From Candidatus Latescibacterota bacterium (GTDB taxonomy: Bacteria > Latescibacterota > UBA2968 > UBA8231): a stretch of DNA of 64,000 bases. Below are positions 27,167 to 37,041 of the stretch, piece by piece. Position 1 is the stretch's first letter. The number at the start of each line of letters is the position of its first letter. The notes beneath the pieces were generated by a model. It saw only the letters and a program-made list of their open reading frames with translations. It was not told the origin of the DNA and did not search any database. A program made the position numbers and the translations under genes. The stretch is from assembly GCA_965221775.1 (NCBI GenBank), contig CBDCSU010000006.1, forward strand, positions 1,120,001-1,184,000, given 5' to 3'.

Positions 27167-29629
27167 ATGCATCGATCTGCCGCGGCGCTGGCCTTCGCTC
27201 TCCTCCTAGCCGAGACGGGGGCCGATGAAGCCGGTGATGCGCGGATGCAGCACTGGATGGTCCACCCCCAGCGCACCGCCGTCGCGGTGCGCACGGACAC
27301 ACCGCCCCGCCTCGACGGCGTCGTCGACGACGAGGTCTGGCAGCGCGCCCCCCTGAACGAAGGCTTCACCCAGAGCGACCCGGACGACGGCGAGCCCGCG
27401 TCGCTGCGCACCACTTTCCAGGTGGCCTACGACGACGACGCTCTCTACATCGCCGCCGTCTGCTACGACGATCCCGACAGCGTCACCGTGGCCCTTGCGA
27501 GACGGGACGAATCGCGCGAGCGCGACTTCGTGGAGATCAACCTCGATCCCCACCACGACCACCAGACCGGCGTCTGGTTCAACGTCGGCCCCTCGGGCTG
27601 GATCGGGGACGGGATCATCTACAACGACGACGACTTCGACAACGGCTGGGACAGTGTGGCCGAGGCCGCCGCGGCGATGCGGCCGGACGGCTGGAGCGTG
27701 GAGCTGAAGATCCCCTACCACGCCCTGCGCTTCGGCGGTAACGAGACCTGGGGGATCAACGTCTACCGCAAGATCAGCCGCCGGGCCGAGTGGGCGGGAT
27801 GGAGCCACACGCCCCGGGGCGTCACCGGCTACGCCTCGCGCTTCGGCCACCTCGAGGGGATCGAGGGGATCGAGCCGCGGCGCAGTCTCGAGATCCTGCC
27901 CTTCACCTTGGGCCGCAGCATCCTGCCCGTGGGAGACGCCGGCGGCGGGCACGATCTGTCCTCCTCGGCCGGCGTCGACCTGCGCTACGGCCTGTCCTCC
28001 AACATCTCCCTCAATGCCACCGTCAACCCGGACTTCGGCCAGGTCGAGGGCGACCCGGCGGTGCTCAACCTGACCGTCTTCGAGACCTTCTACCGCGAGC
28101 GCCGGCCCTTCTTCCTGGAGGGCATCCAGATCTTCCAGTCCCCCCGCCCGAGCATCACCGGCGTCACCGGGCAGGCGCGCCTCTTCCACTCGCGGCGCAT
28201 CGGCCGGCCGCCCTCGCGGTTCCCCCTTCCCGCCGGCAGCCGGGAGCTGGAGCGTCCCGACCACACCACGATCCTCGGCGCCCTCAAGCTCTCGGGAAAG
28301 ACCGGGGGACGCACGGCCTTCGGTCTCCTCAACGCCGTCACCGGCCGCGAGGAGGTGCTCGTCGAGCAGGCCGACACGGTGCGCCGCCGCGTCGAGGTCG
28401 AGCCGGTCACCAACTACCTCGTCGGCCGCGTGCAGCAGGACCTGCTGACCAACTCCACCGCCGGCGCCGAGATCACGGCGGTCAACGGCCGCGGCTTCGA
28501 CCCGGCCTATGTCGGGGCCGGCGACCTGCACCTCAAGTGGCGGGACAACGCCTACCGGCTCTACACCCGTCTGGCCGTGAGCCGCGCCCGACAGGGGCCC
28601 GAGCGCGGCACCGGCTGGGAGGGTCTCCTCAACCTCGGAAAGTCGGGAGGCGCCTTCGGCGGCCAGGTCCACGTGGACGCGCGGTCCCCCGCCTTCCAGG
28701 TCAACGACCTGGGATGGATGAAGCCCCGCGACCGCATCCAGACGGGCCTGCGCCTCTATCACCAGAAGCTCCACCCGTACTGGTTCGCCCGCCGCTCCGG
28801 GTATGAGCTCGACTTCTTTGCCCGCTGGAACTACGCCCGCCAGCGGCTATACCGGGGGATGGCCCTCAACAACTGGCACCAGCTGCACAACTACTGGGGT
28901 TTCTGGACCCAAGTGATCCGCAACTTCGAGGGCTTTGACGAGGTGGTCACCCGCGGCGGACCGATCATGGTCGCACCGTCCGACAACAGGATCAGGCTGA
29001 GTGTGTGGAGCGATGACCGCAAGCTCGTCACCGGCCGGTTCGGGGGGAACCTCACATGGAGCCGGGGAGGCGACAACCTGCAATCGGGGGTCTGGGCGGG
29101 TCTCGAGTTGCGGCCCATGTCCCAACTCAGGGTGACGATCGACCCGGGCTACAGCTTCCAGCGCAACTTCGCCCAGTGGCTGCGGAACACGGACGACGAC
29201 GGCGACGGCGAGGACGACCGCTTCATCTTCGGCGAGCTCGAGAGCCGCGTCCTGGATATCAGCGTGCGCGGCGACTGGACCTTCACGCCCACCCTGAGCC
29301 TGCAGCTCTACGCCCAGCCCTTCGTGACCACCGGCGACTACGGCGCCATCAAGGAGCTGGCGCGCCCGCGGTCCTACGAGTTCCTCCCCTACGCCGGCTT
29401 CGAGGGGAACCCCGACTTCCACTTCCGCTCCTTCCACTCCAACCTGGTCCTGCGCTGGGAGTTCCGCCCCGGCAGCACCCTCTTCGTCGTCTGGCAGCAG
29501 AGCCGGGACCGCGGCTTCGGCGACACCCTCGACCCCCGGTTCCAACCCGCCGGGGACCTCGGCGGCGCCCTCCTCGACCCGGGGCACAGCATTCTGCTGA
29601 TCAAGGGCAACTGGTGGCTGGGGCTGTGA
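27167..29629 (+). CDS. CBM9-like plus DUF5916 outer-membrane protein
   Basis: PPRLDGVVDDEVW, VAYDDDALYIA, WSVELKIPY, NATVNPDFGQVE, ERRPFFLEG, aromatic C-terminal beta strand. Confidence 0.85.
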   Translation: MHRSAAALAFALLLAETGADEAGDARMQHWMVHPQRTAVAVRTDTPPRLDGVVDDEVWQRAPLNEGFTQSDPDDGEPASLRTTFQVAYDDDALYIAAVCYDDPDSVTVALARRDESRERDFVEINLDPHHDHQTGVWFNVGPSGWIGDGIIYNDDDFDNGWDSVAEAAAAMRPDGWSVELKIPYHALRFGGNETWGINVYRKISRRAEWAGWSHTPRGVTGYASRFGHLEGIEGIEPRRSLEILPFTLGRSILPVGDAGGGHDLSSSAGVDLRYGLSSNISLNATVNPDFGQVEGDPAVLNLTVFETFYRERRPFFLEGIQIFQSPRPSITGVTGQARLFHSRRIGRPPSRFPLPAGSRELERPDHTTILGALKLSGKTGGRTAFGLLNAVTGREEVLVEQADTVRRRVEVEPVTNYLVGRVQQDLLTNSTAGAEITAVNGRGFDPAYVGAGDLHLKWRDNAYRLYTRLAVSRARQGPERGTGWEGLLNLGKSGGAFGGQVHVDARSPAFQVNDLGWMKPRDRIQTGLRLYHQKLHPYWFARRSGYELDFFARWNYARQRLYRGMALNNWHQLHNYWGFWTQVIRNFEGFDEVVTRGGPIMVAPSDNRIRLSVWSDDRKLVTGRFGGNLTWSRGGDNLQSGVWAGLELRPMSQLRVTIDPGYSFQRNFAQWLRNTDDDGDGEDDRFIFGELESRVLDISVRGDWTFTPTLSLQLYAQPFVTTGDYGAIKELARPRSYEFLPYAGFEGNPDFHFRSFHSNLVLRWEFRPGSTLFVVWQQSRDRGFGDTLDPRFQPAGDLGGALLDPGHSILLIKGNWWLGL

Positions 29630-31080
29630 ACCTCATCCATCCCCACCGGCACAAGCAGCTCTTCCTGGACGACGGCGCCATCGAGGCCGTGTCCGGCCTC
29701 CAGCGGGTGCTGCACCGGCCCGAGCGCTGCGGACCCGTCCTGCGAACCAACCGCTCGCGGGACGAGAAGCACGTGCAGAGCGCCAGCGTGCCCCAGTGGA
29801 ATCCGGAAGAGTCTCTCTGGGAGTGGTGGTACAGGGGCTATCCTGCCTACGCCGAGGACGCCCTCTGCCTCTACGCCAAGTCGACGGACGGCCGGCACTG
29901 GGAACAGCCCGACCTCGGGCTGTACGAGTGGGACGGCTCCGCGGCCAACAACATCGCCTACCGGTCGCCGGAGCGCTCCCTGTATCACGTCATCCGCGAC
30001 GAGAGCGACGACGATCCCCGGCGCCGCTACAAGGCCTTCTTCAGCAACGACGACCACATGAACCGTTGTCCCGGTGTGTCACCCGACGGCTTTCAGTGGA
30101 CCTTCCCCGATGCGCCCCCCATCCCCAGTCAGGATACCTCCCAGCTCATCCGCGACGACCTCGGCCAACGCTACCTGGCCACGGTGAAGCACCGCACCGA
30201 GTGGGGCCGCTCGGCCTGGCTGACGACCAGCCCCGACTTCGTCCACTGGACCGACCCGGTGCTCATCCTCCACACCGACGAGATCGACCAGGAGAACCGA
30301 GAGCGCCGCATCCAGGAGGTCGTCGACGACCCGGCGTACCTCTCTCCGCCCGCCGTCGACGGCAGGGAGTACATCGCCCAGCTCTACATGTTGCCGGTCA
30401 TGACCTACGAGGGTCTGTACATCGGCTTCCCCCTTCTCTTCAATCCCTCCGGCGCCGATCCGGAGCATACCAATCACACCGGCCTCAACCAGGTGGAACT
30501 GGCCGTGTCGAGAGACGCCTGTCACTGGCACCGGGTGGCAGACCGCGCCGTCTTCGTCGGGGTGGAACCCTGGGAGGGCGGCGCCAACTTCGGCAATGCC
30601 CAGGTAGCCCTGTGCGGCCCCCCCATCGTGCGCGGGCCAGAGATCTGGATCTACTACAACGCCTATCGATTCCGCGGACACCGGGAGCTGTTCGCCGGTC
30701 TCGATCCCCGCATCTACAACGATGCCTTCTGGGAGGAGAGCGGGGCCATCTGTCTGGCCAGACTGCGGCTGGACGGCTTCGTCTCCCTCGACGCATCCGC
30801 CGAGGGCGAGCTGCTCACCGCTCCTTTCCTGTGGAGCGGTCAGAGACTGTACGTGAACGCCGATACCGGCGACGGCGAGATGGCCGCGGAGATGGTGGAC
30901 GCGGAGAGCCACGCCCCCTTGCCCGGCCGGTCGGCCGGTGAGTGCCGGCTGCTGCAAGGAGACCACCTGCGCGGAGCCGTCACGTGGGGGGAAGAGACGG
31001 AGGCTGGATCTGCCGGAATCCCCGTGCGCCTGCGCTTCCACCTGCGGAAGGCGCGGCTCTACGGCTTCTGGCTGGAGTGA
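29626..31080 (+). CDS. beta-propeller glycoside hydrolase-like hypothetical protein
   Basis: GTG overlaps the previous stop (GTGA). QLFLDD, Asp-box-like STDGRHW / SPDGFQW / SPDFVHW / SRDACHW, RLDGFVSLDA. Confidence 0.7.
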   Translation: MNLIHPHRHKQLFLDDGAIEAVSGLQRVLHRPERCGPVLRTNRSRDEKHVQSASVPQWNPEESLWEWWYRGYPAYAEDALCLYAKSTDGRHWEQPDLGLYEWDGSAANNIAYRSPERSLYHVIRDESDDDPRRRYKAFFSNDDHMNRCPGVSPDGFQWTFPDAPPIPSQDTSQLIRDDLGQRYLATVKHRTEWGRSAWLTTSPDFVHWTDPVLILHTDEIDQENRERRIQEVVDDPAYLSPPAVDGREYIAQLYMLPVMTYEGLYIGFPLLFNPSGADPEHTNHTGLNQVELAVSRDACHWHRVADRAVFVGVEPWEGGANFGNAQVALCGPPIVRGPEIWIYYNAYRFRGHRELFAGLDPRIYNDAFWEESGAICLARLRLDGFVSLDASAEGELLTAPFLWSGQRLYVNADTGDGEMAAEMVDAESHAPLPGRSAGECRLLQGDHLRGAVTWGEETEAGSAGIPVRLRFHLRKARLYGFWLE

Positions 31081-31084
31081 GGGA

Positions 31085-31627
31085 TCAGGCCGGGCGTTCC
31101 AGCAGGTGAGGACAGTGTTGCCGCGCCAGGTCCAGACGCTCGCCCAGCTCGGCCAGCCACAAGGTGCGGGCGCTGCACAGCTGGGCGATCTCCAGGTTCC
31201 GCGCCTTCTGCAGGAGGGTGCTGCTCAGATTGGCGCCGGACAGGTCCGTTCCGTCGAGGTCGGCCCCTACCAGTAGCGCGCTGCGCAAGTCCACGCCCCC
31301 CAGATCGGCCCCCCGCAGGTCCGCCCGGCTGAGATTCGTGCCGCGGCCGTCGGCGCCCGGCAGATCGGCGCGAGCCAGGACGGCCTCCGTCAGGTTGGCG
31401 CTGCTGATGTCGGCTTGCCGCAGATTCGCCCCGGTGAAGTCGGCGCCGTCGAGGATGGCCACCGAGAGCAGGGCTCCCGACAGGTCCATGCCGGTGCCGT
31501 CGAGGCCCTTCAGGTCGGCCGAGTAGAGGTCGGGCCGCACCCCGGGATTGTCCCGCCGCCACTGGTTCCAGACTTTCGTCCCCCTCTTGACGAGGGAGAC
31601 GTGCTCTTCCCGTGCCACGCGTCTCAA
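31085..31627 (-). CDS. pentapeptide repeat protein
   Basis: WNQWR...PDL followed by many A(D/N)LxX pentapeptides. Start may be GTG 31618. Confidence 0.92.
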   Translation of the reverse strand: MRRVAREEHVSLVKRGTKVWNQWRRDNPGVRPDLYSADLKGLDGTGMDLSGALLSVAILDGADFTGANLRQADISSANLTEAVLARADLPGADGRGTNLSRADLRGADLGGVDLRSALLVGADLDGTDLSGANLSSTLLQKARNLEIAQLCSARTLWLAELGERLDLARQHCPHLLERPA

Positions 31628-31653
31628 TATAGCCGGGAACTGGAGACCGCCCG

Positions 31654-34600
31654 ATGGCCAAGCTCGATCTGACCGATCCCACCGTCGTCGTGGTGCCCGA
31701 CGGCTGGCAGGAGATGCCCACGGCGCAACGGCTGGCCGACGCCTGCCGCGCCCCGCTCCTCCCTCACCGCGGCTTCGACGAGGCCCTGTTCCGCGACCAC
31801 CACGTCATCGCCTGCGGGCACATGGCGAACAACGCCGCCGTGACCCGGCTCTACAACGCCCGGCGCTGCTTCGCCGACACGCTGTTCCCCGGCGGCGACC
31901 ACTTTCTCCTGACCTCGGTCCGCGATCCCCTCGGCCACGGCCCCGGGGCCGTCGTCGCCGGCGCCAGCGGCGAGGCGGGGCGGGGCGCCGCCGTCGAAGA
32001 GTTGATCCGCATCGTCGAGGCGAGCGGTGGCCGCCTGGGCCGCGTCTCCGCCCGCCGCCTGACGGGAATCCCGGAGCCGCCGGACGAGTCGGAGATCGAG
32101 GAGCTGGTGCAGCGCGACCTGGATCTCTGGGACGCCGGCTGGGTGGCCTCGCCCTTCCGCGGCGGCCGCCTGCAGTCCTGGCTCTGGAACCACTACCTCA
32201 GCGGCCACGAGACCTGGGGCCGGCTGGCGGCGCCGGTCTTCGCCGGTTCCCTGCGGCCCTGGCGCGAGCAGCGCCTCCGCCATCCCGAGGAGTACCACGA
32301 CTTCTTCCATCTCGACCTGTTCATCCACCTGTGGGAGCTGGTGGAGGACGATCCGGTGTACGGGCCCGCCGAGCGGCAGGCGGTGGTGGAGATGTTCGTC
32401 GAGCTGCTGCGGCACCTGGCGGGCCTGTTCTATCTGCGGGAGCAGGTCAATCCCGACGGCCTGCCGCGGCAGAACCACGTGACCTTCATCGGCCTCAACC
32501 TGGCGGCGGGGCACGACTACCTCTCCCGCCGCCACGGCATCACCGAGTTCGCCGATGCGGCCCGGCGGGTGGAGCGCATCTTCGAGGGCCAGGCCTCCGG
32601 GTACAAGCCCAACGACGACGCCGGCGTCGGCTACGTGTGGCTCACCCCGCGCCACACCAACGACTACCTGCTCGCCCGCGGCGATTACCGGTTCGTCGAC
32701 GGGGGTCCCGTGGACGATCTCTGCCGGCTGGCGGCGGTCACCACCGACAACCTGCGCAGCGAGGTCGGGTACGGCGACAGCAGCGGTTTCTCCGCCTTCG
32801 AGCGCGGCGGCTGGCGTGATCAGCTCTGGCCGCTGCTGGCCTCCCTCTGGCGCACCCGGGATCCCGGGCACCTGTGGCTGCTCAACTGGCTCGGAGAGGG
32901 CAAGCGCCCGAACCTGAGCCACGGCATGGAGAGCTGGCGCGCCAGCGTCGAGGCCACGGAGGAGGGATTCACCCTCGAAGGAGTCGAGCCCAAGCTGCCC
33001 GGGGAGCTGCTGGGCGTCACGGCGCTGGACCTGCCCGAGGCCGCCCGGCGCTGGGTGGAGGCCTCGGTCCCCGAGGGATACCGCCCTGAGCCCGGCGGAC
33101 GCTACTTCGACAAGCTCTGCCTCCGTGCGGGCTTCGCGCCGGACGACGAGTACGCGCTGCTGGAGGGCGTTGGCACCTTCTGCCACGGCCACGAGGACAC
33201 GAACGCCATCCTGCGCCTGACCTGGGGGAACCGGGCCTGGCTCGCCGACGGCGACTACATCCGCGCGGCGCCGCGGTTCCACAACAGCGTCACCGTCCTG
33301 CGGGACGGCGCCGGCGTCCTGGATCCTCCCGGCGACGGCGTCGTCATCCCGCCACTGGCGCGCCTCACCGTGGAGCGCGACGGGGAGGACCTGGGAATCG
33401 TGCAGAGCGAGGCCGCCGGGTACAACGGCCTCGACTGGCGGCGCACCCTGGTCTGGCGCAAGGGGCGCTACCTCGCGGTGGTGGACGAGCTGCTCTGCCG
33501 GGAGCCGGGCGACTACCGCTGCCGCTGCCTGTGGCGCGTCCTGGGAGACGTGGACGGCGGCCCGGGGCGCTTGCGGCTGCGCCAGGGGGAGGCGGAGCTG
33601 TTCCTGCTGTGCGCCGACGAGTCCGCCGCCGAGATCGTGGAAGATCCCGGCGGCCCCTGGGGAGGCTATCCCCATCACCGCGGGCCCCTCCACGTGGTGC
33701 ACCGGAAGGTCCACCGCCGCCTCCAGGCAGGGGAGTCGTTCTTCTTCGTGCATCTCTTCACCCCGCACGGCAAGGTCGAGGTCGAGCCCCTGGCCGGAGG
33801 CGGGCTGCGCATCCGCGACGGCGCCGACGAGACCGCGGTCTCTCTCGAGGACGGCCGCCCCGTGGTGGAGACGCGCACAGTCCCCTCCACCGCGGCCTCC
33901 CCCCGGCCGGCCGGCCCGCCCGCGCCGCCGGCACCCGTCCTTCGGGAGTTCCGCGCCGCACCGCCCCTCTGGGAGCACCGCCTTGGCGGCGGCGGCGCCC
34001 CCGTTGCCGCCACCGGCTCCGGGGAAGCGGCCCACCTGCTCGCCGGCGGCGGCAACGGCGACGTGGTGAAGCTGGACGCCGGCAGCGGCGACGAGGCCTG
34101 GCGGGTGCGCCTGGAGTCGCCGGCCTCGGCGCTGCTGTGGGCGGACATCGACGGCGACGGGGCCCCGGAGGCCCTGGTCGGGTCCGCCGCGTCGGAGCTG
34201 ATCGTCCTCGACGGCGGCAGCGGCCGCGAGCGCTGGCGGCGGCCGCTGAAGAACCTCTACGGCTCGGTGTCGCCGGTGACGGCGCTGACCGTGGCCGACC
34301 TGGAGGGCGAGGGCGATCTCAGCCTCCTCGCCGGCACGGCGGGCTGGTTCGTCAACGTCTTCACCCCCGGGGGCGCGCCGAAGTGGGCCCGCTGGATCCG
34401 CTACCACGTCATCACCGCCCTCGAGGCGACCGACGCCGACGGCGACGGCCGCGCCGAGGTGATCGTGGGCACCACCTACTCGACGCCGCTCACCGTGCAC
34501 GACTACGACGGCGCCTTCCGCTGGTCCACCCTCGAGCAGGTCGGCTCCGAGGGCAACGCCACCACGCCTCGGCGGGGGATCCACCTGACGCGGATGCGGC

Positions 34601-35028
34601 TGGCGGACCTGAACGGCGACGGGATCCGCGAGATCGTGTACGGCACCGAGGACGGCTGGCTCTTCGCCGTCGAGCCGCGCGCCGGGGTGGAGCTCTGGCA
34701 GGCCAACATCGTCGGCGAGGTGGTGGCGCTGGAGGTGCTGCCCGGCGGCGTGGTAGCAGCCAGCGACTTCGGCGGCCTCTACAGCTTCGACCCCGACGGG
34801 ACCCTGCGCCGCCACTCCCATCCCTGCGAGTGGATCCGCGCGTCGACGCGGCTCGGGGACGACTTGGTGCTCGCCGCGGAGGGCGGCCGCCTGCTGAGGG
34901 TGAACGCGGACGGCGAACTGAGCGGCGAGCTGTGGACGGGAGGCGAGGTCCGGCGGATGACCGCCGCCGGCCGGCACCTGGTCTGCGTCCTCGACGACGG
35001 CCGGTTGGCCGCCCATACCTTCGGGTGA
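31654..35028 (+). CDS. large heparinase II/III-like protein with C-terminal PQQ-like/FG-GAP beta-propeller
   Basis: QNH, HGHEDTNAI and FHNSV lyase-type motifs, C-terminal ADIDGDG / ADGDG / ADLNGDG repeats and G.E.W propeller motifs. Confidence 0.65.
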   Translation: MAKLDLTDPTVVVVPDGWQEMPTAQRLADACRAPLLPHRGFDEALFRDHHVIACGHMANNAAVTRLYNARRCFADTLFPGGDHFLLTSVRDPLGHGPGAVVAGASGEAGRGAAVEELIRIVEASGGRLGRVSARRLTGIPEPPDESEIEELVQRDLDLWDAGWVASPFRGGRLQSWLWNHYLSGHETWGRLAAPVFAGSLRPWREQRLRHPEEYHDFFHLDLFIHLWELVEDDPVYGPAERQAVVEMFVELLRHLAGLFYLREQVNPDGLPRQNHVTFIGLNLAAGHDYLSRRHGITEFADAARRVERIFEGQASGYKPNDDAGVGYVWLTPRHTNDYLLARGDYRFVDGGPVDDLCRLAAVTTDNLRSEVGYGDSSGFSAFERGGWRDQLWPLLASLWRTRDPGHLWLLNWLGEGKRPNLSHGMESWRASVEATEEGFTLEGVEPKLPGELLGVTALDLPEAARRWVEASVPEGYRPEPGGRYFDKLCLRAGFAPDDEYALLEGVGTFCHGHEDTNAILRLTWGNRAWLADGDYIRAAPRFHNSVTVLRDGAGVLDPPGDGVVIPPLARLTVERDGEDLGIVQSEAAGYNGLDWRRTLVWRKGRYLAVVDELLCREPGDYRCRCLWRVLGDVDGGPGRLRLRQGEAELFLLCADESAAEIVEDPGGPWGGYPHHRGPLHVVHRKVHRRLQAGESFFFVHLFTPHGKVEVEPLAGGGLRIRDGADETAVSLEDGRPVVETRTVPSTAASPRPAGPPAPPAPVLREFRAAPPLWEHRLGGGGAPVAATGSGEAAHLLAGGGNGDVVKLDAGSGDEAWRVRLESPASALLWADIDGDGAPEALVGSAASELIVLDGGSGRERWRRPLKNLYGSVSPVTALTVADLEGEGDLSLLAGTAGWFVNVFTPGGAPKWARWIRYHVITALEATDADGDGRAEVIVGTTYSTPLTVHDYDGAFRWSTLEQVGSEGNATTPRRGIHLTRMRLADLNGDGIREIVYGTEDGWLFAVEPRAGVELWQANIVGEVVALEVLPGGVVAASDFGGLYSFDPDGTLRRHSHPCEWIRASTRLGDDLVLAAEGGRLLRVNADGELSGELWTGGEVRRMTAAGRHLVCVLDDGRLAAHTFG

Positions 35029-35097
35029 AGACGCCGGGAGCCACCTGATCTGCCTGCTCGACGACGGGCGCTTGGCCGCCCACTCCTTCGGCTGAAG
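34975..35097 (+). repeat. diverged direct duplication of the last 17 codons plus stop of the preceding gene
   Basis: 34975-35030 versus 35042-35097: 48 of 56 nt identical. Confidence 0.9.
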
Positions 35098-35123
35098 CCG
35101 GCGGCGGGCCCCGGGGCCCTTCC

Positions 35124-36833
35124 CTACCAGAGAACGACGAACAGCAGGTAGACGGCCACGGCGAGATAGGCGCCGGCCCACAGCCCCGGCCGGCGGTACC
35201 ACACCGGCCCGGCGGGCCCCACGCTGAAAGGGTACCGGGGCCGCACCGGCGCCCGGGCCAGGGTCCGGTGCAGCCAGGTCCCCTCGAGCCTTGCAAGGCG
35301 CCCGGCCATCGACTCTCTCAGCTCGGCCGGATCGTCGTCCGCCCGCGACCAGACCAGCCCCCGCAGCTCCTCCCTCGACAGCCGGCCCCGGCGGACATCG
35401 ATCCCCTTCGACACGACCCACATGCTGGCCGCGGGCAGCACCAGGTTCCACAGGTAGGCCCACCACAGGTCGGTGTACCACATCGGCAGCGGCCACCCGC
35501 GGGCCTCGCCGAGGATCGCCGAGGCGCCGTACGTCAGACCGACCGCCAGACCGACGATCCCCGTCTCCCGGTGCACCCTGGTGAAGACGCCCATGAGGAT
35601 CACCGTCATCAGCGGCACGGCGATGGCGCCGGCGAGGCGCAGGTAGAACAGCAGCATGCCCCCTTCGAGGAAGGGGACGTAGGCGAAGCCGAGGGCGAGG
35701 ATGAAGGGCACGGAGATGCGCCCCACCTTCGTGTAGTGAGCGTCGCTGCCCCGGCGCACCAGGAAGCGGGCGTAGATGTCGCGCACGAAGAGGGAGGAGA
35801 TGCCGATGCCGATGGAGTCGAAGGTCGAGTAGGCGGCGGCCACGAGTCCCGCCACGACGAGACCCACCAGACCGGCGGGCAGGTACTCGACGATCATGCG
35901 CGGATAGGCCTCGTCGACGACGTGCAGGCCCGGGAACTCGGCCCGCGCCATCGGTCCCAGGGTGACGTTGAAGAACAAGCAGACGGCGGTGGCCAGGCTG
36001 GCGACGACGACGGCCATCTTGAAGTCCCACTCCGAGCGCGCCCCGAGGAAGCGGATCGCCTCGTACTGGTTGATTAGGACGTACGTGGTGAGCACCACGA
36101 GGAAGCCGAAGACCACGAGAATGGGCGGCACGCCCTCGGGACCGTAGCCGCCCACGTGGAGCAGGCGGTCCGAGAGCCCGCTCTCCACCGCCTCCAGGCG
36201 CATGGCGACGCCGTCCCAGCCGCCCATGGCGGAGTAGACGAACCCCCACAGGACGAAGGAGGCGACGATCATGGTCAGGCTCTGCAGGGCGTCGGTGAGG
36301 ACCCCGGCGCGCAGGCCGCCGCGGACGAGGTAGAGGGCCGAGGTGGACGCCACCGCGGCGACGACGAGCCAGCAGGTCCCCGGCGACAGGCCGGCGACGA
36401 CGTTGAGGACGAGGAACATGGAGTAGTAGATGTTGCCCAGGACGTTGGTGCGGGACTGCACGTTGATGAGCACCGCCATGACCCGCGCCGCCGGCCCGAA
36501 GCGGAACTCCAGCCACTCGGCGTTGGTGAATACCCCGGAGCGGTACATGGGCACGATGACGAAGAAGCCCAGCACCATCCAGCCCACGGCGATGCCCAGC
36601 CACCACTGCGACAGCTGCGACAGCCCGAGGGTGTACGAGCCGCCCACGATACCCACGTAGTCGCCGCTGTCGACGGCGGTGCCGAAGGCGGAGAGGCCGA
36701 TCACCCACCAGGGCATCGACTTGGCCGCCAGGTACCAGTCGAAGCTCTCGCCCTTGTGACGGAAGCTGATCAGGCTGTAGAGGACGATGCCGCCGTTGAG
36801 GACGGCCACGACGGCCCAGTCGAGAGTGGTCAT
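35124..36833 (-). CDS. sodium:solute symporter family protein
   Basis: WYLAAKSMPWWVIGLS, EWLEFRFG, GGLRAGVLTDALQ, many TMs. Confidence 0.92.
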   Translation of the reverse strand: MTTLDWAVVAVLNGGIVLYSLISFRHKGESFDWYLAAKSMPWWVIGLSAFGTAVDSGDYVGIVGGSYTLGLSQLSQWWLGIAVGWMVLGFFVIVPMYRSGVFTNAEWLEFRFGPAARVMAVLINVQSRTNVLGNIYYSMFLVLNVVAGLSPGTCWLVVAAVASTSALYLVRGGLRAGVLTDALQSLTMIVASFVLWGFVYSAMGGWDGVAMRLEAVESGLSDRLLHVGGYGPEGVPPILVVFGFLVVLTTYVLINQYEAIRFLGARSEWDFKMAVVVASLATAVCLFFNVTLGPMARAEFPGLHVVDEAYPRMIVEYLPAGLVGLVVAGLVAAAYSTFDSIGIGISSLFVRDIYARFLVRRGSDAHYTKVGRISVPFILALGFAYVPFLEGGMLLFYLRLAGAIAVPLMTVILMGVFTRVHRETGIVGLAVGLTYGASAILGEARGWPLPMWYTDLWWAYLWNLVLPAASMWVVSKGIDVRRGRLSREELRGLVWSRADDDPAELRESMAGRLARLEGTWLHRTLARAPVRPRYPFSVGPAGPVWYRRPGLWAGAYLAVAVYLLFVVLW

Positions 36834-37041
36834 GCGGCTTCCTTCAGGGGGCCGGACGCCCGACCGCCCCGCGGCGGTGATCCCGCCGGGCCGCCCGACG
36901 GCGATGATCCAGCCGCGGGCGCCTCGGCGGGCCCCTCACGGCTCGCGGCGGATGTTGTCCCAGACCGGGAGGGCGGGATGGCGACGGTGACGCCGCCCGG
37001 GATGTTGTCCCCGGCATGCATGACCGGTACCCTTGGGGGCC

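Noticed and set aside
35026-35097. Stop read-through adding a second C-terminal repeat
   Set aside because: The second copy is shifted by 67 nt, so it is out of frame.
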